Shown: positions 1 through 10,484, counted from the first letter of the stretch. The stretch: DNA of 64,000 bases from an uncultured Acidobacteriota bacterium (GCA_963789135.1 CAWBJJ010000002.1:23736-87735), one strand, 5' to 3'. The notes: generated from the sequence alone by a model not told the origin. Translations and numbers: made by a program.

Positions 1-1014
1 GTCGAGCAGGCGAGCATGGCCAACAGCACGCCCACCATGCCGTTGTCCAGTGCAGGCGCTCCAGTGCCGTTGCCTTCGGGCGAACGGGCGCGGGTCCCGA
101 TGTTGATGGTTTACCCGAACTACTTCGCCACGGTCGGCATGCCGATCATCAGCGGCCGCGACTTCGGAGCAGCAGATCTCGGCGAGCAGGCGCCAGGAGT
201 CTGCATCGTCAACGAGGCGTTCGTCCGCCGGGTGTTCCTCGGCGAGAATCCGATTGGCCGGCCGTGTTACACGGGCCGCCGGGCGCGTCTTCAGAGCACG
301 ATGCCGGCGCAGATGGCACAGACGGAGCCTTTCCAGATCGTCGGTGTCGTCCGCGATTCCCGCTACACCAATCCGCGCGGTGAAACGCAGCCGCTCATCT
401 ACATGACGTTCCTCCAGACCAGCACCGGGCGCGGGCAGATGCTGCTGCACCTGCGCGTGACCGGCAATGCGGGACTGGTGGTCCAGCGCGTGCGGGAAGA
501 GGTTGCAGCGATTGACCCGGCGATGCCGATGTTCGACGTGCACACCCTCGAGGAAGAGATGAATGCCGCGCTCGTACAGCAGCGGCTCATCGCCATGCTC
601 TCGACGTTGTTTGGCGCGTTGGCGCTGGTACTGGCGTGCGTCGGACTCTATGGGCTGTTGTCCTTCACGCTTGTTCAGCGAACGAGCGAGATGGGAATCC
701 GCATGGCGCTCGGTGCGCGCCGGCGAGACGTCGTGTGGCTCGTCGTGAGCGATGCGCTGCTGCTGGTGCTGATGGGCATCGCCATCGGCGTACCGTCGGC
801 CCTCGCGGTTGCCCGGCTCGCGGCCAATCAAATCTCGGGTCTGTTGTTCGGTCTCAATCCCGTCGATCCCGCGATACTGGCAATGGCGGCGTTGGTATTG
901 GGCTCGGTGGCGGCCATCGCGGCGTATCTGCCCGCTCTCCGCGCCTCGCGCGTGGATCCGATGGTGGTGCTTGAGAGCGGAGTGACCGGATCGGGCGGAG
1001 ATCAGGAGATTTGA
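1..1014 (+). CDS. ABC transporter permease, FtsX/MacB type (ADOP-like), C-terminal part; gene runs off the 5' window edge
   Basis: ORF 16..1014 stays open to nt 1 in the same frame. It has C-terminal TM helices and the tail LPALRASRVDPMVVL typical of FtsX-domain permeases. Confidence 0.85.
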   Translation, partial: VEQASMANSTPTMPLSSAGAPVPLPSGERARVPMLMVYPNYFATVGMPIISGRDFGAADLGEQAPGVCIVNEAFVRRVFLGENPIGRPCYTGRRARLQSTMPAQMAQTEPFQIVGVVRDSRYTNPRGETQPLIYMTFLQTSTGRGQMLLHLRVTGNAGLVVQRVREEVAAIDPAMPMFDVHTLEEEMNAALVQQRLIAMLSTLFGALALVLACVGLYGLLSFTLVQRTSEMGIRMALGARRRDVVWLVVSDALLLVLMGIAIGVPSALAVARLAANQISGLLFGLNPVDPAILAMAALVLGSVAAIAAYLPALRASRVDPMVVLESGVTGSGGDQEI

Positions 1015-1072
1015 CTAACAACTCCTGAACTCCTTCTCTCCTGTTGAAGTAACTCCTGATCTCGAGTATCCG

Positions 1073-1717
1073 ATGCTCCGACCGAGTTCCAGCGACATTT
1101 CGCAGCAGCTGATAGAGATCGGCCGGCGGTTCGATTCGCGCGGGTGGGTGCTTGGCACCAGCGGCAATTTCAGTGCGGTGCTGGAGCGCGACCCGCTTCG
1201 CCTGGCCATCACGTCGAGCGGTCTATCGAAGGGCGATCTGCGGGCCGATCAGATCCTGCAAATGGATGCCGACGGCGCCGTAGCGGGAACTGGTGCCGGC
1301 CGACCGTCGGCGGAAGCGCGCCTTCACGTCGAAATCGTTCGTGCTCGGGGCGCGGGGGCCGTGCTGCACACGCACTCGATGTGGAGTACGTTGCTCTCCG
1401 ACCGCTACGCCGTCACGCGCGGGTTCACCATCGAGGGCTACGAGATGCTCAAAGGGCTCGAGGGTGTCAGAACTCATGAGCACCAGGAGTGGATCCCCGT
1501 CCTCGAGAACGATCAGGACATGGTTCGGCTGGCCGGCGAGGTACGGGAAACCTTGACCCGCCATCCGGCGTGCCACGCCTTCCTCCTCCGACGCCACGGG
1601 TTGTACACTTGGGGCGACACGCTTCTGCAGGCCGTGCGGCACGTTGAAATCGTCGAGTTTCTGCTCGAGGCTGTTGCCCGAACCGACCAGCGGACCGCGC
1701 CGTCCAGCGAGCGTTAG
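1073..1717 (+). CDS. mtnB: methylthioribulose-1-phosphate dehydratase (class II aldolase fold)
   Basis: The 214-aa translation (GWVLGTSGNFS..., HTHS motif) resembles MtnB. It is followed directly by mtnD and mtnC. Confidence 0.85.
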   Translation: MLRPSSSDISQQLIEIGRRFDSRGWVLGTSGNFSAVLERDPLRLAITSSGLSKGDLRADQILQMDADGAVAGTGAGRPSAEARLHVEIVRARGAGAVLHTHSMWSTLLSDRYAVTRGFTIEGYEMLKGLEGVRTHEHQEWIPVLENDQDMVRLAGEVRETLTRHPACHAFLLRRHGLYTWGDTLLQAVRHVEIVEFLLEAVARTDQRTAPSSER

Positions 1718-1735
1718 AGCCAGGAGGTGATCACC

Positions 1736-2296
1736 ATGGCGGTCGTCAGAATCCCGACGGAGAACACGGTCCTCAGAGAGACCGAGGCCATCACGAGCTT
1801 CCTCGGCACTCATGGCATCGAATACGAGCAGTGGGTTCCGGATCGTCCGGTTGCCGCGGATGCCACAGCAGACACGCTGCTCGCGGCCTACGGTCAGGAA
1901 ATCGACAAGCTGAAGGCGCGCGGCGGATACCGCACGGCCGACGTGATCGACGTCCGGCCGGAAACGCCGAACCTCGATGCGATGCTCGCGAAATTCAGCC
2001 GCGAGCACTGGCACGACGAGGATGAAGTCCGGTTCATCCTCGAGGGTCGCGGGTTGTTTCACGTCCATCCAGCCGACGGCCCGGTCTTCGCGATCGAGGT
2101 CGAGGCTGGCGACCTCATCAGGGTGCCTCGCGGCACGCACCACTGGTTCGATCTGTGCGCCGATCGCCGCATTCGCGCGATCCGGCTGTTCCAGGACACC
2201 TCGGGCTGGACGCCGCACTACACCGACAGTGGCGTCGACCAGGGATTTCAGCCTCTGTGTCTCGGGCCCTCGTACATGCCAGCCACGCGCGTGTGA
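1736..2296 (+). CDS. mtnD: acireductone dioxygenase (cupin, ARD)
   Basis: Translation contains [27 protein letters not shown] at 1722-1727 favours the ATG at 1736 over the GTG at 1727. Confidence 0.85.
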   Translation: MAVVRIPTENTVLRETEAITSFLGTHGIEYEQWVPDRPVAADATADTLLAAYGQEIDKLKARGGYRTADVIDVRPETPNLDAMLAKFSREHWHDEDEVRFILEGRGLFHVHPADGPVFAIEVEAGDLIRVPRGTHHWFDLCADRRIRAIRLFQDTSGWTPHYTDSGVDQGFQPLCLGPSYMPATRV

Positions 2297-3042
2297 GCGC
2301 ACCCCCGGCGCTCGCCGCGCTGCGCGCAGTTCTGCTGGATATCGAAGGGACGACCACCCCCATCGCGTTCGTTTACGACGTGCTGTTTCCGTATGCGCGC
2401 CGGAATCTGCGGCGTCATCTCGAGCAGCACGCCGCTCGTCCGGAGTACGAGGCCCTTCTCGACCAGCTCCGAGTCGAATACCACTCCGATCAGGAGGCGC
2501 GCGACACCTTACCGCCCTGGATCGATGCGCCGGCCGCGGCGCGTCTGACCTCCGGCGTCCGCTACTGCGAGTGGCTGATGGATCGCGATCGCAAGTCCAC
2601 CGGTTTGAAAGAACTGCAGGGCAGGATCTGGCAGGAAGGTTACGCCAGCGGTGAGCTGGTTGGGGATGTCTTCGTCGACGTGCCTGAAGCGCTCAGGCGC
2701 TGGCGCGCGCGGCAGTTGCGAATCGCGATCTTCTCCTCCGGGAGCGTGCTCGCACAGCAGCTGCTCTTCCGGCATTCGTCGGCTGGCGATCTGACCGGCT
2801 TCATTCAGTGGCATTTCGATACGACGACAGGCGCGAAGACCGACAGCGAGAGCTATCGCCGCATCGCGACCGCGATGGAGCTTCCGCCGGCCGCAATCCT
2901 GTTCGCTTCGGACGTGATCGGCGAGCTCGATGCCGCGCGCGAAGCTGGCATGCAAACGGTGTTGTCGGCGAGGCCGGGCAACAAGCCTCAGCCGCACGGA
3001 CACGGCCATCCGGTCATTGCGAGCTTCGACCTCTTGCGCTGA
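2293..3042 (+). CDS. mtnC: enolase-phosphatase E1 (HAD family)
   Basis: HAD motif [11 protein letters not shown] is present. GTG 2293 overlaps the mtnD stop (GTGA). The upstream part of ORF 2155.. overlaps mtnD and looks non-coding. Confidence 0.8.
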   Translation: MSAPPALAALRAVLLDIEGTTTPIAFVYDVLFPYARRNLRRHLEQHAARPEYEALLDQLRVEYHSDQEARDTLPPWIDAPAAARLTSGVRYCEWLMDRDRKSTGLKELQGRIWQEGYASGELVGDVFVDVPEALRRWRARQLRIAIFSSGSVLAQQLLFRHSSAGDLTGFIQWHFDTTTGAKTDSESYRRIATAMELPPAAILFASDVIGELDAAREAGMQTVLSARPGNKPQPHGHGHPVIASFDLLR

Positions 3043-3084
3043 CGACGGTTCGCCGACATCACCTACAATTGGCACCTCAGCGCG

Positions 3085-5784
3085 ATGGCTCTTGCCCCCG
3101 GCACGCGCCTCGGCTCTTACGAAGTTCTCTCGCCCCTCGGCGCCGGGGCGATGGGTGAGGTCTATCTCGCACGCGACAGGAAGCTGAATCGCGATGTCGC
3201 GCTGAAGGTCCTGCCGCCGGCGTTCACGGCAAATGCCGATCGCCTGGCGCGCTTCGAACGCGAAGCACGACTCCTCGCGTCGCTCAATCATCCGCACATC
3301 GGTTCAATCTACGGTTTCGAAGACGCCGATCACGTACCGGCTCTTGTGCTCGAGCTTGTCGAGGGCGACACGTTGGACGAACGCGTGCGCCGCGGTGCGC
3401 TGCCGCTCCCGGAGGCTCTGGCCATCGCGCAGCAGATCGCCGATGCGCTCGATGCCGCGCACGTGTCCGGAATCATCCATCGCGATCTCAAACCCTCCAA
3501 CATCAAGATCACGCGCGATGGGATGGTCAAGGTGCTCGACTTCGGTCTCGCCAAGGCCCTCGCCTCCGAAGCGTCAGGGCCGGACCTCGCGAAGTCTTCG
3601 ACCCTGACGGTGGAGGGGACGATCCCAGGTGCGATTCTCGGCACCGCCGCGTACATGAGTCCGGAGCAGGCACGAGGCCAGCCGCTCGACAAACGCACCG
3701 ATGTCTGGGCCTTCGGGTGCGTGCTCTTCGAGATGCTGACGGGCTCTCGAGCTTTTCTACGAGAGACCATCACAGACACCATCGCCGCCGTCGTCACTGC
3801 GGAACCGGACTGGACGTTGCTGCCGGCGGAGACGCCAGGCAGCATCCGACGCTTGCTGGCGCGTTGTCTCCAGAAGGATGTCAGGCGGCGGCTTCATGAC
3901 ATCGCCGACGCGCGGATCGAGCTCGAAGACGCGATGTCTGCGCCTTCCGTACCGGTGACAGCCCGGGCATCTCGGACGTGGGCACGCCCGATACTCATGG
4001 CGCTGGTGCTCGGGATGGCGACGGCCCTTGTCCTCCTCTGGGCGTTGCGCGACAGGTTCGGAACGGCGGCGCCGCCCTCGCCATCGGATGCTCGCGTCGT
4101 CCGCCTCACGGATCTTCCTGGCCTCGAGGAGTCTCCAGCCATTTCATCAGACGGCAAGTCGGTGGCGTTCACCGCCGGTGTGGGCGGCAAACGACAGCTC
4201 TTCGTGCAGCTCATTGCTGGCGGCGCGCCGCTGCAGATCACGTCCGATCCGGTCGATCACGAGTACCCTCGCTGGTCGCCCGACTCGAGCTCGATCCTCT
4301 ATTTCTCGCCGGCGGCACCAGGAGAACTGCAGGGCAGCATCTGGGAGATCCCGGCACTTGGCGGCGTGCCACGGCGCGTCGTCAACAGCGTGGGAGGTGC
4401 CGACGTCAGTCCGACGGACGGACGGCTTGCGCTGTTCCGGCTGGCGAAAGCAGGCATCCAGCTGGTGACGGTGCCAACGGATGGTTCCAAGTTCGACGTG
4501 GTCGCCGAGTTCAAGCCCGCCACGTACTACTTGTATCCGCGCTGGTCGCCGGACGGCAGGTGGCTGGCGTTTCAGCGCGGAGACAGCATCAGGTTCGACG
4601 TTTTCGTGGTACCCGCAGCTGGAGGCGAACCGCGGCAGTTGACGCGTGACAACAACATGATGAGCGGTTTCGCCTGGCTGCCCGACAGCACGGGCATCGT
4701 TTACAGCTCGAGCCGCGGCGGCACGATGCCTTACTTGCCGGCCTTAGGCTTGTGGCAGGTGGCGCTGAGTGATGGGAGCGTACGGCGAGTCACATCGGGC
4801 GAGGCATCGTACGTCAGTCCGGACATCTCCAAGAGTGGCGCGATATTGGTCAGCCGCATGAAGCTGCAGACCGACATCTGGAAGTTCCCGGTCGACGGTG
4901 TGCCCGCCGAGAACGTGCGCCACGCCGTTCGTGTCACGCGACAGACCGGGCAGGTCCTCACACCTACGGCCAGCCCGCGCGACAAAGAAGTTGCATTTCT
5001 TTCCGACAGCGGCGGTCACGCGAATCTGTGGGTCGTGAACACCGAGAGTGGCGGGCTGCGCCAGATCACTCACGAGCGCGATCCGAACGTGGCCATGGGC
5101 GTCCCGGTGTGGTCGCCCGATGGCCGTTCCATTGCGTTCGTCTCCTCGCGCGGCAACCAGGGGTGGACGTTCGGAGTCTGGCTGGTGGATCCGGATGGAA
5201 GCAACCTGCGCAACGTCGCGAATCCCGGTCTCGGCCCCGCGTGGTCGCCGGACGGCCGCTGGGTGTATTACTCGACGCGCGGCGGCGCGGCGGCCACGGA
5301 TGTCGTGCTGAAAAAAGTGCCGGTTGACGGCGGGCCGGCGGTCACGGTGATGACCGAGCGGTTGCGCAACGTGATCGGGTTGGATGGAAAAACCCTGTAC
5401 TACTCTTTCGAGCGGCCGCTCATGGATGGCACGCCGGAATTCGAAATCCGGGCCGCCACTCCCGAGAACGCGCCGTTTCGCGTGCTCGCGCGCATTCCAG
5501 CCTCGCGCGTGCCGATCTGGCAGATCGTCAATCCCGCGCTGTCCCCCGACGGGAAATGGCTGGCCCAGGCACTGACCGACGGGTCGACCACCAACGTCTG
5601 GGCGCTTTCGACTACGACCGGCGAATGGCGTCAGATTACGGACTTCGGCGAACGCACGACTTTCATCGCCCGCCGTGTGTCCTGGTCGTCAGACGGGCGC
5701 TCCATCCTGGCCGCTGTCGGAGAAGGCGATTCCGACATCATCCTGCTCGAAGGATTGACGAACGTCGGTCGCCAGCAGCCCTAG
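3085..5784 (+). CDS. Ser/Thr protein kinase with one TM segment and a C-terminal TolB-like PD40/WD40 beta-propeller
   Basis: Kinase motifs GAGAMGEVY, HRDLKPSN and DFGLAK are present. RWSPDG-type repeats recur in the C-terminal 550 aa. Confidence 0.9.
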   Translation: MALAPGTRLGSYEVLSPLGAGAMGEVYLARDRKLNRDVALKVLPPAFTANADRLARFEREARLLASLNHPHIGSIYGFEDADHVPALVLELVEGDTLDERVRRGALPLPEALAIAQQIADALDAAHVSGIIHRDLKPSNIKITRDGMVKVLDFGLAKALASEASGPDLAKSSTLTVEGTIPGAILGTAAYMSPEQARGQPLDKRTDVWAFGCVLFEMLTGSRAFLRETITDTIAAVVTAEPDWTLLPAETPGSIRRLLARCLQKDVRRRLHDIADARIELEDAMSAPSVPVTARASRTWARPILMALVLGMATALVLLWALRDRFGTAAPPSPSDARVVRLTDLPGLEESPAISSDGKSVAFTAGVGGKRQLFVQLIAGGAPLQITSDPVDHEYPRWSPDSSSILYFSPAAPGELQGSIWEIPALGGVPRRVVNSVGGADVSPTDGRLALFRLAKAGIQLVTVPTDGSKFDVVAEFKPATYYLYPRWSPDGRWLAFQRGDSIRFDVFVVPAAGGEPRQLTRDNNMMSGFAWLPDSTGIVYSSSRGGTMPYLPALGLWQVALSDGSVRRVTSGEASYVSPDISKSGAILVSRMKLQTDIWKFPVDGVPAENVRHAVRVTRQTGQVLTPTASPRDKEVAFLSDSGGHANLWVVNTESGGLRQITHERDPNVAMGVPVWSPDGRSIAFVSSRGNQGWTFGVWLVDPDGSNLRNVANPGLGPAWSPDGRWVYYSTRGGAAATDVVLKKVPVDGGPAVTVMTERLRNVIGLDGKTLYYSFERPLMDGTPEFEIRAATPENAPFRVLARIPASRVPIWQIVNPALSPDGKWLAQALTDGSTTNVWALSTTTGEWRQITDFGERTTFIARRVSWSSDGRSILAAVGEGDSDIILLEGLTNVGRQQP

Positions 5785-6740
5785 TCTTCTTCCTCCACCG
5801 CTCCACCGCCGCCGGCGCGGACGACATCTTCCTGCTTGATCTTGTCGATCTTGAACTTTCCGGCAGCGCGATCCATTCGACTCATCACGTCGTCGAAATC
5901 GAATTCCGTGGAGGTGGAAAACCGGATCGGGTTGATCCGCGCGACGACGAAAGGTCGAAGGTAGGGACTGGTGAGCCCACGCGCCTTCAGCTTCTGGACG
6001 ATGTCTCCCACCTGATCGTCGATGGCCAGCAACTTGTTGGCGCGGCGGAGGCGTTCTTTCATGGCCCGCGGCAGCGGCTCGCTCAGAAAGTCGTCGATGC
6101 GGCGCAGCAGCGATTGGTAGGCGCCGCCGCTCAGACGGGGCCGTTGTTCGTAGGCCGCGCCGAGCGTCAGGAATGACGGCTGGTCGAACTCGAACACGAA
6201 CTCGCGCTCTTCCCGTTTGTCACCACTCTCCGCCAGCGCGCGCAGCATGCGAATCGTTTCGAGCGATTTCTCTTTCAGGTTGTGTGCTTTCTCGGTGTTG
6301 AGCGCCAGGATCTTGAAGGCGACGTTGCGATCGGGAACGAGCAGCGCAACAACCGTTTGTGCGCCGAGCTTTCGCAGCGCCTGGAGGCGGTGATTTCCGT
6401 TCGGCGTCCAATACTGGTCGTGTTCGCGGGTCGCGATGATCGGATCGAGAAAGCGGCCGAGCGTCTCGATCACGTTCATCAGCCGCTTGACGTGGGGCTC
6501 CGAGGGATCGCGTTGAAACGGCGTTGGCTCGACGCGGTCGATGGGCAACGCGGCGAGCAGTACCGGCGTCCCCCCGAACGGCTCGCGATACGACGCCAGC
6601 ACCACGCCGCCGTCGGCTTCGACCTGTCGTTCGAGCGAAGCCGTCGCTGACGCGTCGACATTTCGCGTGTCGGCGGCGGCCAGGCCGACGGACTTGGGCG
6701 CCGTTTTTTTGCGGCGTCGTACTGTGCGCTTTTTGGCCAT
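5781..6740 (-). CDS. ParB/Srx-fold N-terminal domain protein (orphan ParB-like)
   Basis: The 319-aa ORF has a basic N-terminus and the segment PIDRVEPTPFQRDPSEPHVKRLMNVIE...NGNHRLQALRKLG, typical of the ParB-like nuclease domain. Confidence 0.7.
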   Translation of the reverse strand: MAKKRTVRRRKKTAPKSVGLAAADTRNVDASATASLERQVEADGGVVLASYREPFGGTPVLLAALPIDRVEPTPFQRDPSEPHVKRLMNVIETLGRFLDPIIATREHDQYWTPNGNHRLQALRKLGAQTVVALLVPDRNVAFKILALNTEKAHNLKEKSLETIRMLRALAESGDKREEREFVFEFDQPSFLTLGAAYEQRPRLSGGAYQSLLRRIDDFLSEPLPRAMKERLRRANKLLAIDDQVGDIVQKLKARGLTSPYLRPFVVARINPIRFSTSTEFDFDDVMSRMDRAAGKFKIDKIKQEDVVRAGGGGAVEEED

Positions 6741-6749
6741 TGATCAGTT

Positions 6750-6823
6750 GGGGTCAGATCTTGTTTCTTGCAAGGTTCCCTGTCTCAGAAAGAGGACAAC
6801 CTTGCAAGAAACAGACTGACCCC
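6750..6823 (-). promoter_or_regulatory. long inverted repeat (about 26-bp arms, 20-nt loop) between the FG-GAP gene stop and the ParB-like gene start; terminator or operator
   Basis: Arm 6750-6777 GGGGTCAGATCTTGTTTCTTGCAAGGTT pairs with arm 6798-6823 AACCTTGCAAGAAACAGACTGACCCC. There is one 2-nt bulge. Confidence 0.5.
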
Positions 6824-6833
6824 TGTATCCCTG

Positions 6834-8798
6834 CTACCTCGTCGCGCGGCGATTGCGGCCGGCGCCCCAGAAGATGAACGTGCCACGGCTGGTCGCGGCC
6901 ATGATGTCGACAGCGCCATCCTTGTTCAGATCCGCCGTTTGCACCATCGATCCAACCCCGGACCGGTTGTGGATCAGCTCCGGAACGAATTCGGCACCGC
7001 CCGGAGCCTTTGGATTGCGCACGGTCCGATACCAGTAGAGAACGCCCGGTCCGTTCGGATCGGGATCGCTGAAGGTCTCGAGATGCGCCCAGTGCCGTTT
7101 GCCGACGACGATGTCCTGGATGCGATCGCCGTCGACGTCGGCGGCGGTGAGCGCGTGCAGCTCGGAGAAGGTCACATCGCCGGCGTTCTTGGTGGAGAAG
7201 TCATCCATGATGATGTGCGGCTCGAATGTGATCGCCCCGGCCGCATCGCGCTTCTGTTCGTACCACGCCAGGCCCCACCAGTGAGCCGACAAACTGGTCA
7301 CCACATCGTTGCGGCCGTCGCCGTTGACGTCGAAGACGACCATCTCGGCGCCGCCGCCACCTCCCGGACCCATGCGCCCCAACGCGACCGGATGATAGGT
7401 CCACAGTTTCTGCGTTGTGCCCTTCGCCGGCTGTTCCCACCATCCGTATGGGTGAAGGATATCCACGCGGCCGTCGCCGTTGATGTCGCCGGCACCGATG
7501 CCATGGAAACCCCAGGGCCCGGGCTCGGACACGACGTGGACCGTCCACGGTGCGGTCGGATTCTTCGGATCCGGCGTCACGTACTGAAGGACGTTGCTGC
7601 CGACGAACACGGCGTCGGGCTTTCCGTCGCCGTCGACATCCTTGAACGTGATGGCCTCGGAGACAACCTGGGGAAAGACCCGGTAGCGATCCCAGCGCCG
7701 CGATTCGCCGCGCGGGTTGACGTAGAGCGCCGGCGCCCGGCTCTCCGATATCAGGACGTCATCCCATCCGTCGCCGGTGTAGTCGAAGGCGAAGTTCACC
7801 ATCGCGGGTGAGTAGGTGAGCGCCGGGTTGTAGGGCTGCGCGAGATAGATTTCGCGCGACTCCTTGAAGTCGGGCCCGAGGTAGTACCTGTGCCCGGACG
7901 TGACATCCAAGACCCCGTCGTGGTTGAAGTCGCCTGCGGCAGCCGACCATCCGGTGTAGAAATCCTCGATGCGCTGCATACGGAAGCGCTGCGACAGCGA
8001 TTCCGGCGGTGTGACGCGGCGGCCAAGATCCTTGACCGCAACATCCTTGAAGCGGACTTCGCCCGTCCCGCCGACATGGAGCGCGACGGGGCCAAACTTC
8101 CCGATCTCTTCATCCGCGACGCCTGCACCACCGCCGCCCCCGTTCAACCAGGAACGGGCGATGTTCGCGTCGACGATCGCTTCGAACGTGTTCCAGTCAT
8201 CGGGTCGGAGGTCGGTGGAGGCAGGTTCCGGGAACGGTGACGGGATGCCTCCAGGCATACCGAGGCGTCCACCACCGCCGCCGCCACGCCCGCCGGCGGC
8301 ACCGCGACCTCCACGCCCTTGGTCGCTGCCGGCGGGAGGCGGTGGGGGCGGCGGGGGCGCAATCCGTTCAGCGCCGTTGGCCGCGCGAAGCCTGTCCTTG
8401 CCGACTTCGGCACCTTGCGAGTCGACTTTGATCGCGTACGCACCGCGCTCACCACCCATCAAGCTGATGTAGACGCCTTTCATCGCGTCGGCGGTCTTTT
8501 CAGCGCGGAGCACGACCCCGGCGGTGCAGGCGCCACGACAGCGGAACGTGGCCGCAAACTGCACGTCCTGATACGACTGCGGGAGCAGCAGCCATCCACC
8601 TGCCGCCGTTTTGGGCGTCCCGACGATCTCGCCGTTTTCGGCCCGCCAGTCAGCCTGACCCACGGGATGGAAGCCCGTGAGGGCCGAACCGGTGAATGTC
8701 CAGTCCGGCACGAAGTTCCGCGGACCGCCGGCCGATGGATTGGACAGTGCGAACGGGAACAGTGCAAGCACGAGCACGATCGTCGATCGTCGAACCAT
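6834..8798 (-). CDS. secreted FG-GAP/VCBS repeat protein with N-terminal DUF1080-like (3-keto-disaccharide hydrolase fold) domain
   Basis: The ORF has a signal peptide (MVRRSTIVLVLALFPFALS) and repeated DxNGDGxxD / DGDG motifs. It has a low-complexity P/G linker. GGAGG lies upstream of the ATG. Confidence 0.75.
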   Translation of the reverse strand: MVRRSTIVLVLALFPFALSNPSAGGPRNFVPDWTFTGSALTGFHPVGQADWRAENGEIVGTPKTAAGGWLLLPQSYQDVQFAATFRCRGACTAGVVLRAEKTADAMKGVYISLMGGERGAYAIKVDSQGAEVGKDRLRAANGAERIAPPPPPPPPAGSDQGRGGRGAAGGRGGGGGGRLGMPGGIPSPFPEPASTDLRPDDWNTFEAIVDANIARSWLNGGGGGAGVADEEIGKFGPVALHVGGTGEVRFKDVAVKDLGRRVTPPESLSQRFRMQRIEDFYTGWSAAAGDFNHDGVLDVTSGHRYYLGPDFKESREIYLAQPYNPALTYSPAMVNFAFDYTGDGWDDVLISESRAPALYVNPRGESRRWDRYRVFPQVVSEAITFKDVDGDGKPDAVFVGSNVLQYVTPDPKNPTAPWTVHVVSEPGPWGFHGIGAGDINGDGRVDILHPYGWWEQPAKGTTQKLWTYHPVALGRMGPGGGGGAEMVVFDVNGDGRNDVVTSLSAHWWGLAWYEQKRDAAGAITFEPHIIMDDFSTKNAGDVTFSELHALTAADVDGDRIQDIVVGKRHWAHLETFSDPDPNGPGVLYWYRTVRNPKAPGGAEFVPELIHNRSGVGSMVQTADLNKDGAVDIMAATSRGTFIFWGAGRNRRATR

Positions 8799-8839
8799 GT
8801 CTGCCTCCGAGCTGTCCTTGCCGCAAACTGCGGCGTGGA

Positions 8840-8911
8840 ACAGTGCGAACGCGAACAGTGCGAGACAATCGTGAATACGAGTGCGAGGACAATCGTCGAT
8901 CGTCGAAACAT
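8840..8911 (-). repeat. degenerate duplicate of the FG-GAP gene translation-initiation and signal-peptide region (original at 8744-8798)
   Basis: Both copies contain ACAGTGCGAACG(G/C)GAACAGTGC...ATCGTCGATCGTCGAA(C/A)CAT. Each has its own GGAGG plus ATG on the minus strand. Confidence 0.7.
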
Positions 8912-9003
8912 ATCTTCCTCCGGGCTCTCGCCCTGCTCATTATGGTCCGTTTTTTCCGATATGCAGTCGCTTCAAGGACGTATAACTCCTAACGCCTGAC
9001 TAG

Positions 9004-9195
9004 TTGGAGGCGCTAACGGTCGAGCACCTGATCAACTCGCTGGGGCAGATCGAGATCTGGACGAAGGCAGTCCGGCGGGCGCTGTCCTCACTGGATCCGA
9101 AAACGGAACTGAGACTGTCGGACCCGGTTGCCAAGCTCTGGCGGGGAGCAGAATCCCCGTTGCGGACCAGGCGTGAGTGTCCACCGCCGGACTGA
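9004..9195 (+). CDS. candidate 63-codon small ORF (possible precursor peptide) directly upstream of the radical SAM gene
   Basis: TTG start; hand-counted GC3 is about 77%. It ends 20 nt before the rSAM ATG. I recognise no homology. Confidence 0.3.
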   Translation: MEALTVEHLINSLGQIEIWTKAVRRALSSLDPKTELRLSDPVAKLWRGAESPLRTRRECPPPD

Positions 9196-9215
9196 GGCTG
9201 ACACGGGAGGACATC

Positions 9216-10476
9216 ATGGCTCGTCCAGCCGGCATCACGCACCTCGACGTCGTACTGACCGCAGGCTGCAACCTGCGGTGCTCCTACTGTTATCAGAACG
9301 ATAAGAAGGCGCGGCGCATGGATTGGGACACGCTTCGGGCGTCTGCCGATCTCGTGCTCGCCTCGGAGCGTGACGAGGTCAGCTTGCTGTTCATCGGCGG
9401 CGAGCCACTGCTGGAGTTCCCGCTGATCGAGCGCGCCGTCGCCTACATCGAGGAGCGTCGGGCTCCGCCCCAGAAGATCAAGTATCAGGTGATCACCAAC
9501 GGAACCCTGCTCACCGACGAGCACGTGGACTTTTTTGCGGACCACGACTTCGAAGTGCAGCTCAGTTTCGACGGCGTCGAGCCGGCGCAGGATCTGAGGG
9601 GACGCGGCACGTTCGCCCGGCTCGACGCGCTGCTGGATCGGCTGCGCGCCGAGAAGCCGCGTTTCTATTCGGAGAATCTCAGCGTGAGCGTGACGCTGGC
9701 CATGTCCGCCGTGCGTCATCTCGCGGATTCCATCGATTACTTCCTGGACAAACAGATCGGCGAGATCGCCATAGCGCCGTCGATCACATTCGAGCCCGGC
9801 TGGCGTCTCGAATCGATCGACGAGCTGGACAGGCAGTTCTCGCGAATCTTCACGCGGCTGGTCGATCTGTACGACCGGACCGGGGACGTCCCGCTCGTGC
9901 TGTTCCGGCGGCATCACGATCCGTCGCCGCACAAACCCGAGGGCTTGTCGCTGTGCGGAGTCGGACACGGCGAAACGCCCGCCGTCGACGTCGACGGCCA
10001 GATGCACGGCTGCGTCATGTTCGTCGACTCGTATCAGGTGTTTCCGACCACGTTCCTGCGCAGCCGGCTGGAAGCCATGCGCATGGGACACATCTCCGAT
10101 CCGCAGCTCACGAGCCGGATGGCCGCCTATCCCTGCGGCCGCAAGGGCGGCCGGCATCTTTCATTCGAGACAGGAGAAGTACTCATCGTACGGGCAGTGC
10201 CGCGACTGCCACTTCATGACGACGTGCGCGATATGCCCGGTCTCGATCGGCCATCAGCCAGGCAACACCGATCCGCATCGGATACCGGATTTTCTCTGCG
10301 CTTACAATCTGGTGTCGCTGAAGTATCGCGAGCGGTTTCCGCGCCAGCCGGACGTCCGGGACATCCTGATGGGCCGCGCGAAAATTCCGAGTCTGATGCA
10401 GAAGCTCGCAATGTTCGTTGACAGCTCCGACGATGAACCTGGTGCGACGCGCCAGCCCGGACCAGAAGTCGCGTAA
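9216..10476 (+). CDS. radical SAM / SPASM-domain maturase, reading frame broken once (about 10130-10190)
   Basis: GGGAGGA RBS precedes the ATG at 9216. The CNLRCSYC (CxxxCxxC) cluster is present. The C-terminal SPASM-like motif GQCRDCHFMTTCAIC lies in the +1 frame (ORF 10216..10476). Confidence 0.8.
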
Positions 10477-10484
10477 GGATCTCT

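Noticed and set aside
1223-2302. 359-aa ORF antisense to mtnB/mtnD. Similar long antisense ORFs lie at 9000..10157, 12312..13460, 23003..24148, 41216..42163, 44179..45351, 48558..50036 and 55056..55856.
   Set aside because: They lie opposite genes with clear family identity. Their translations are Arg/Gly/Pro-rich and low in complexity. Such shadow ORFs are expected in DNA this GC-rich because stop codons are rare.
8480-8911. 143-aa ORF starting at the duplicated initiation module.
   Set aside because: After the duplicated signal-peptide-like start it reads out of frame through the FG-GAP gene, producing a Cys/Arg-rich sequence. It was kept only as a repeat or possible uORF.
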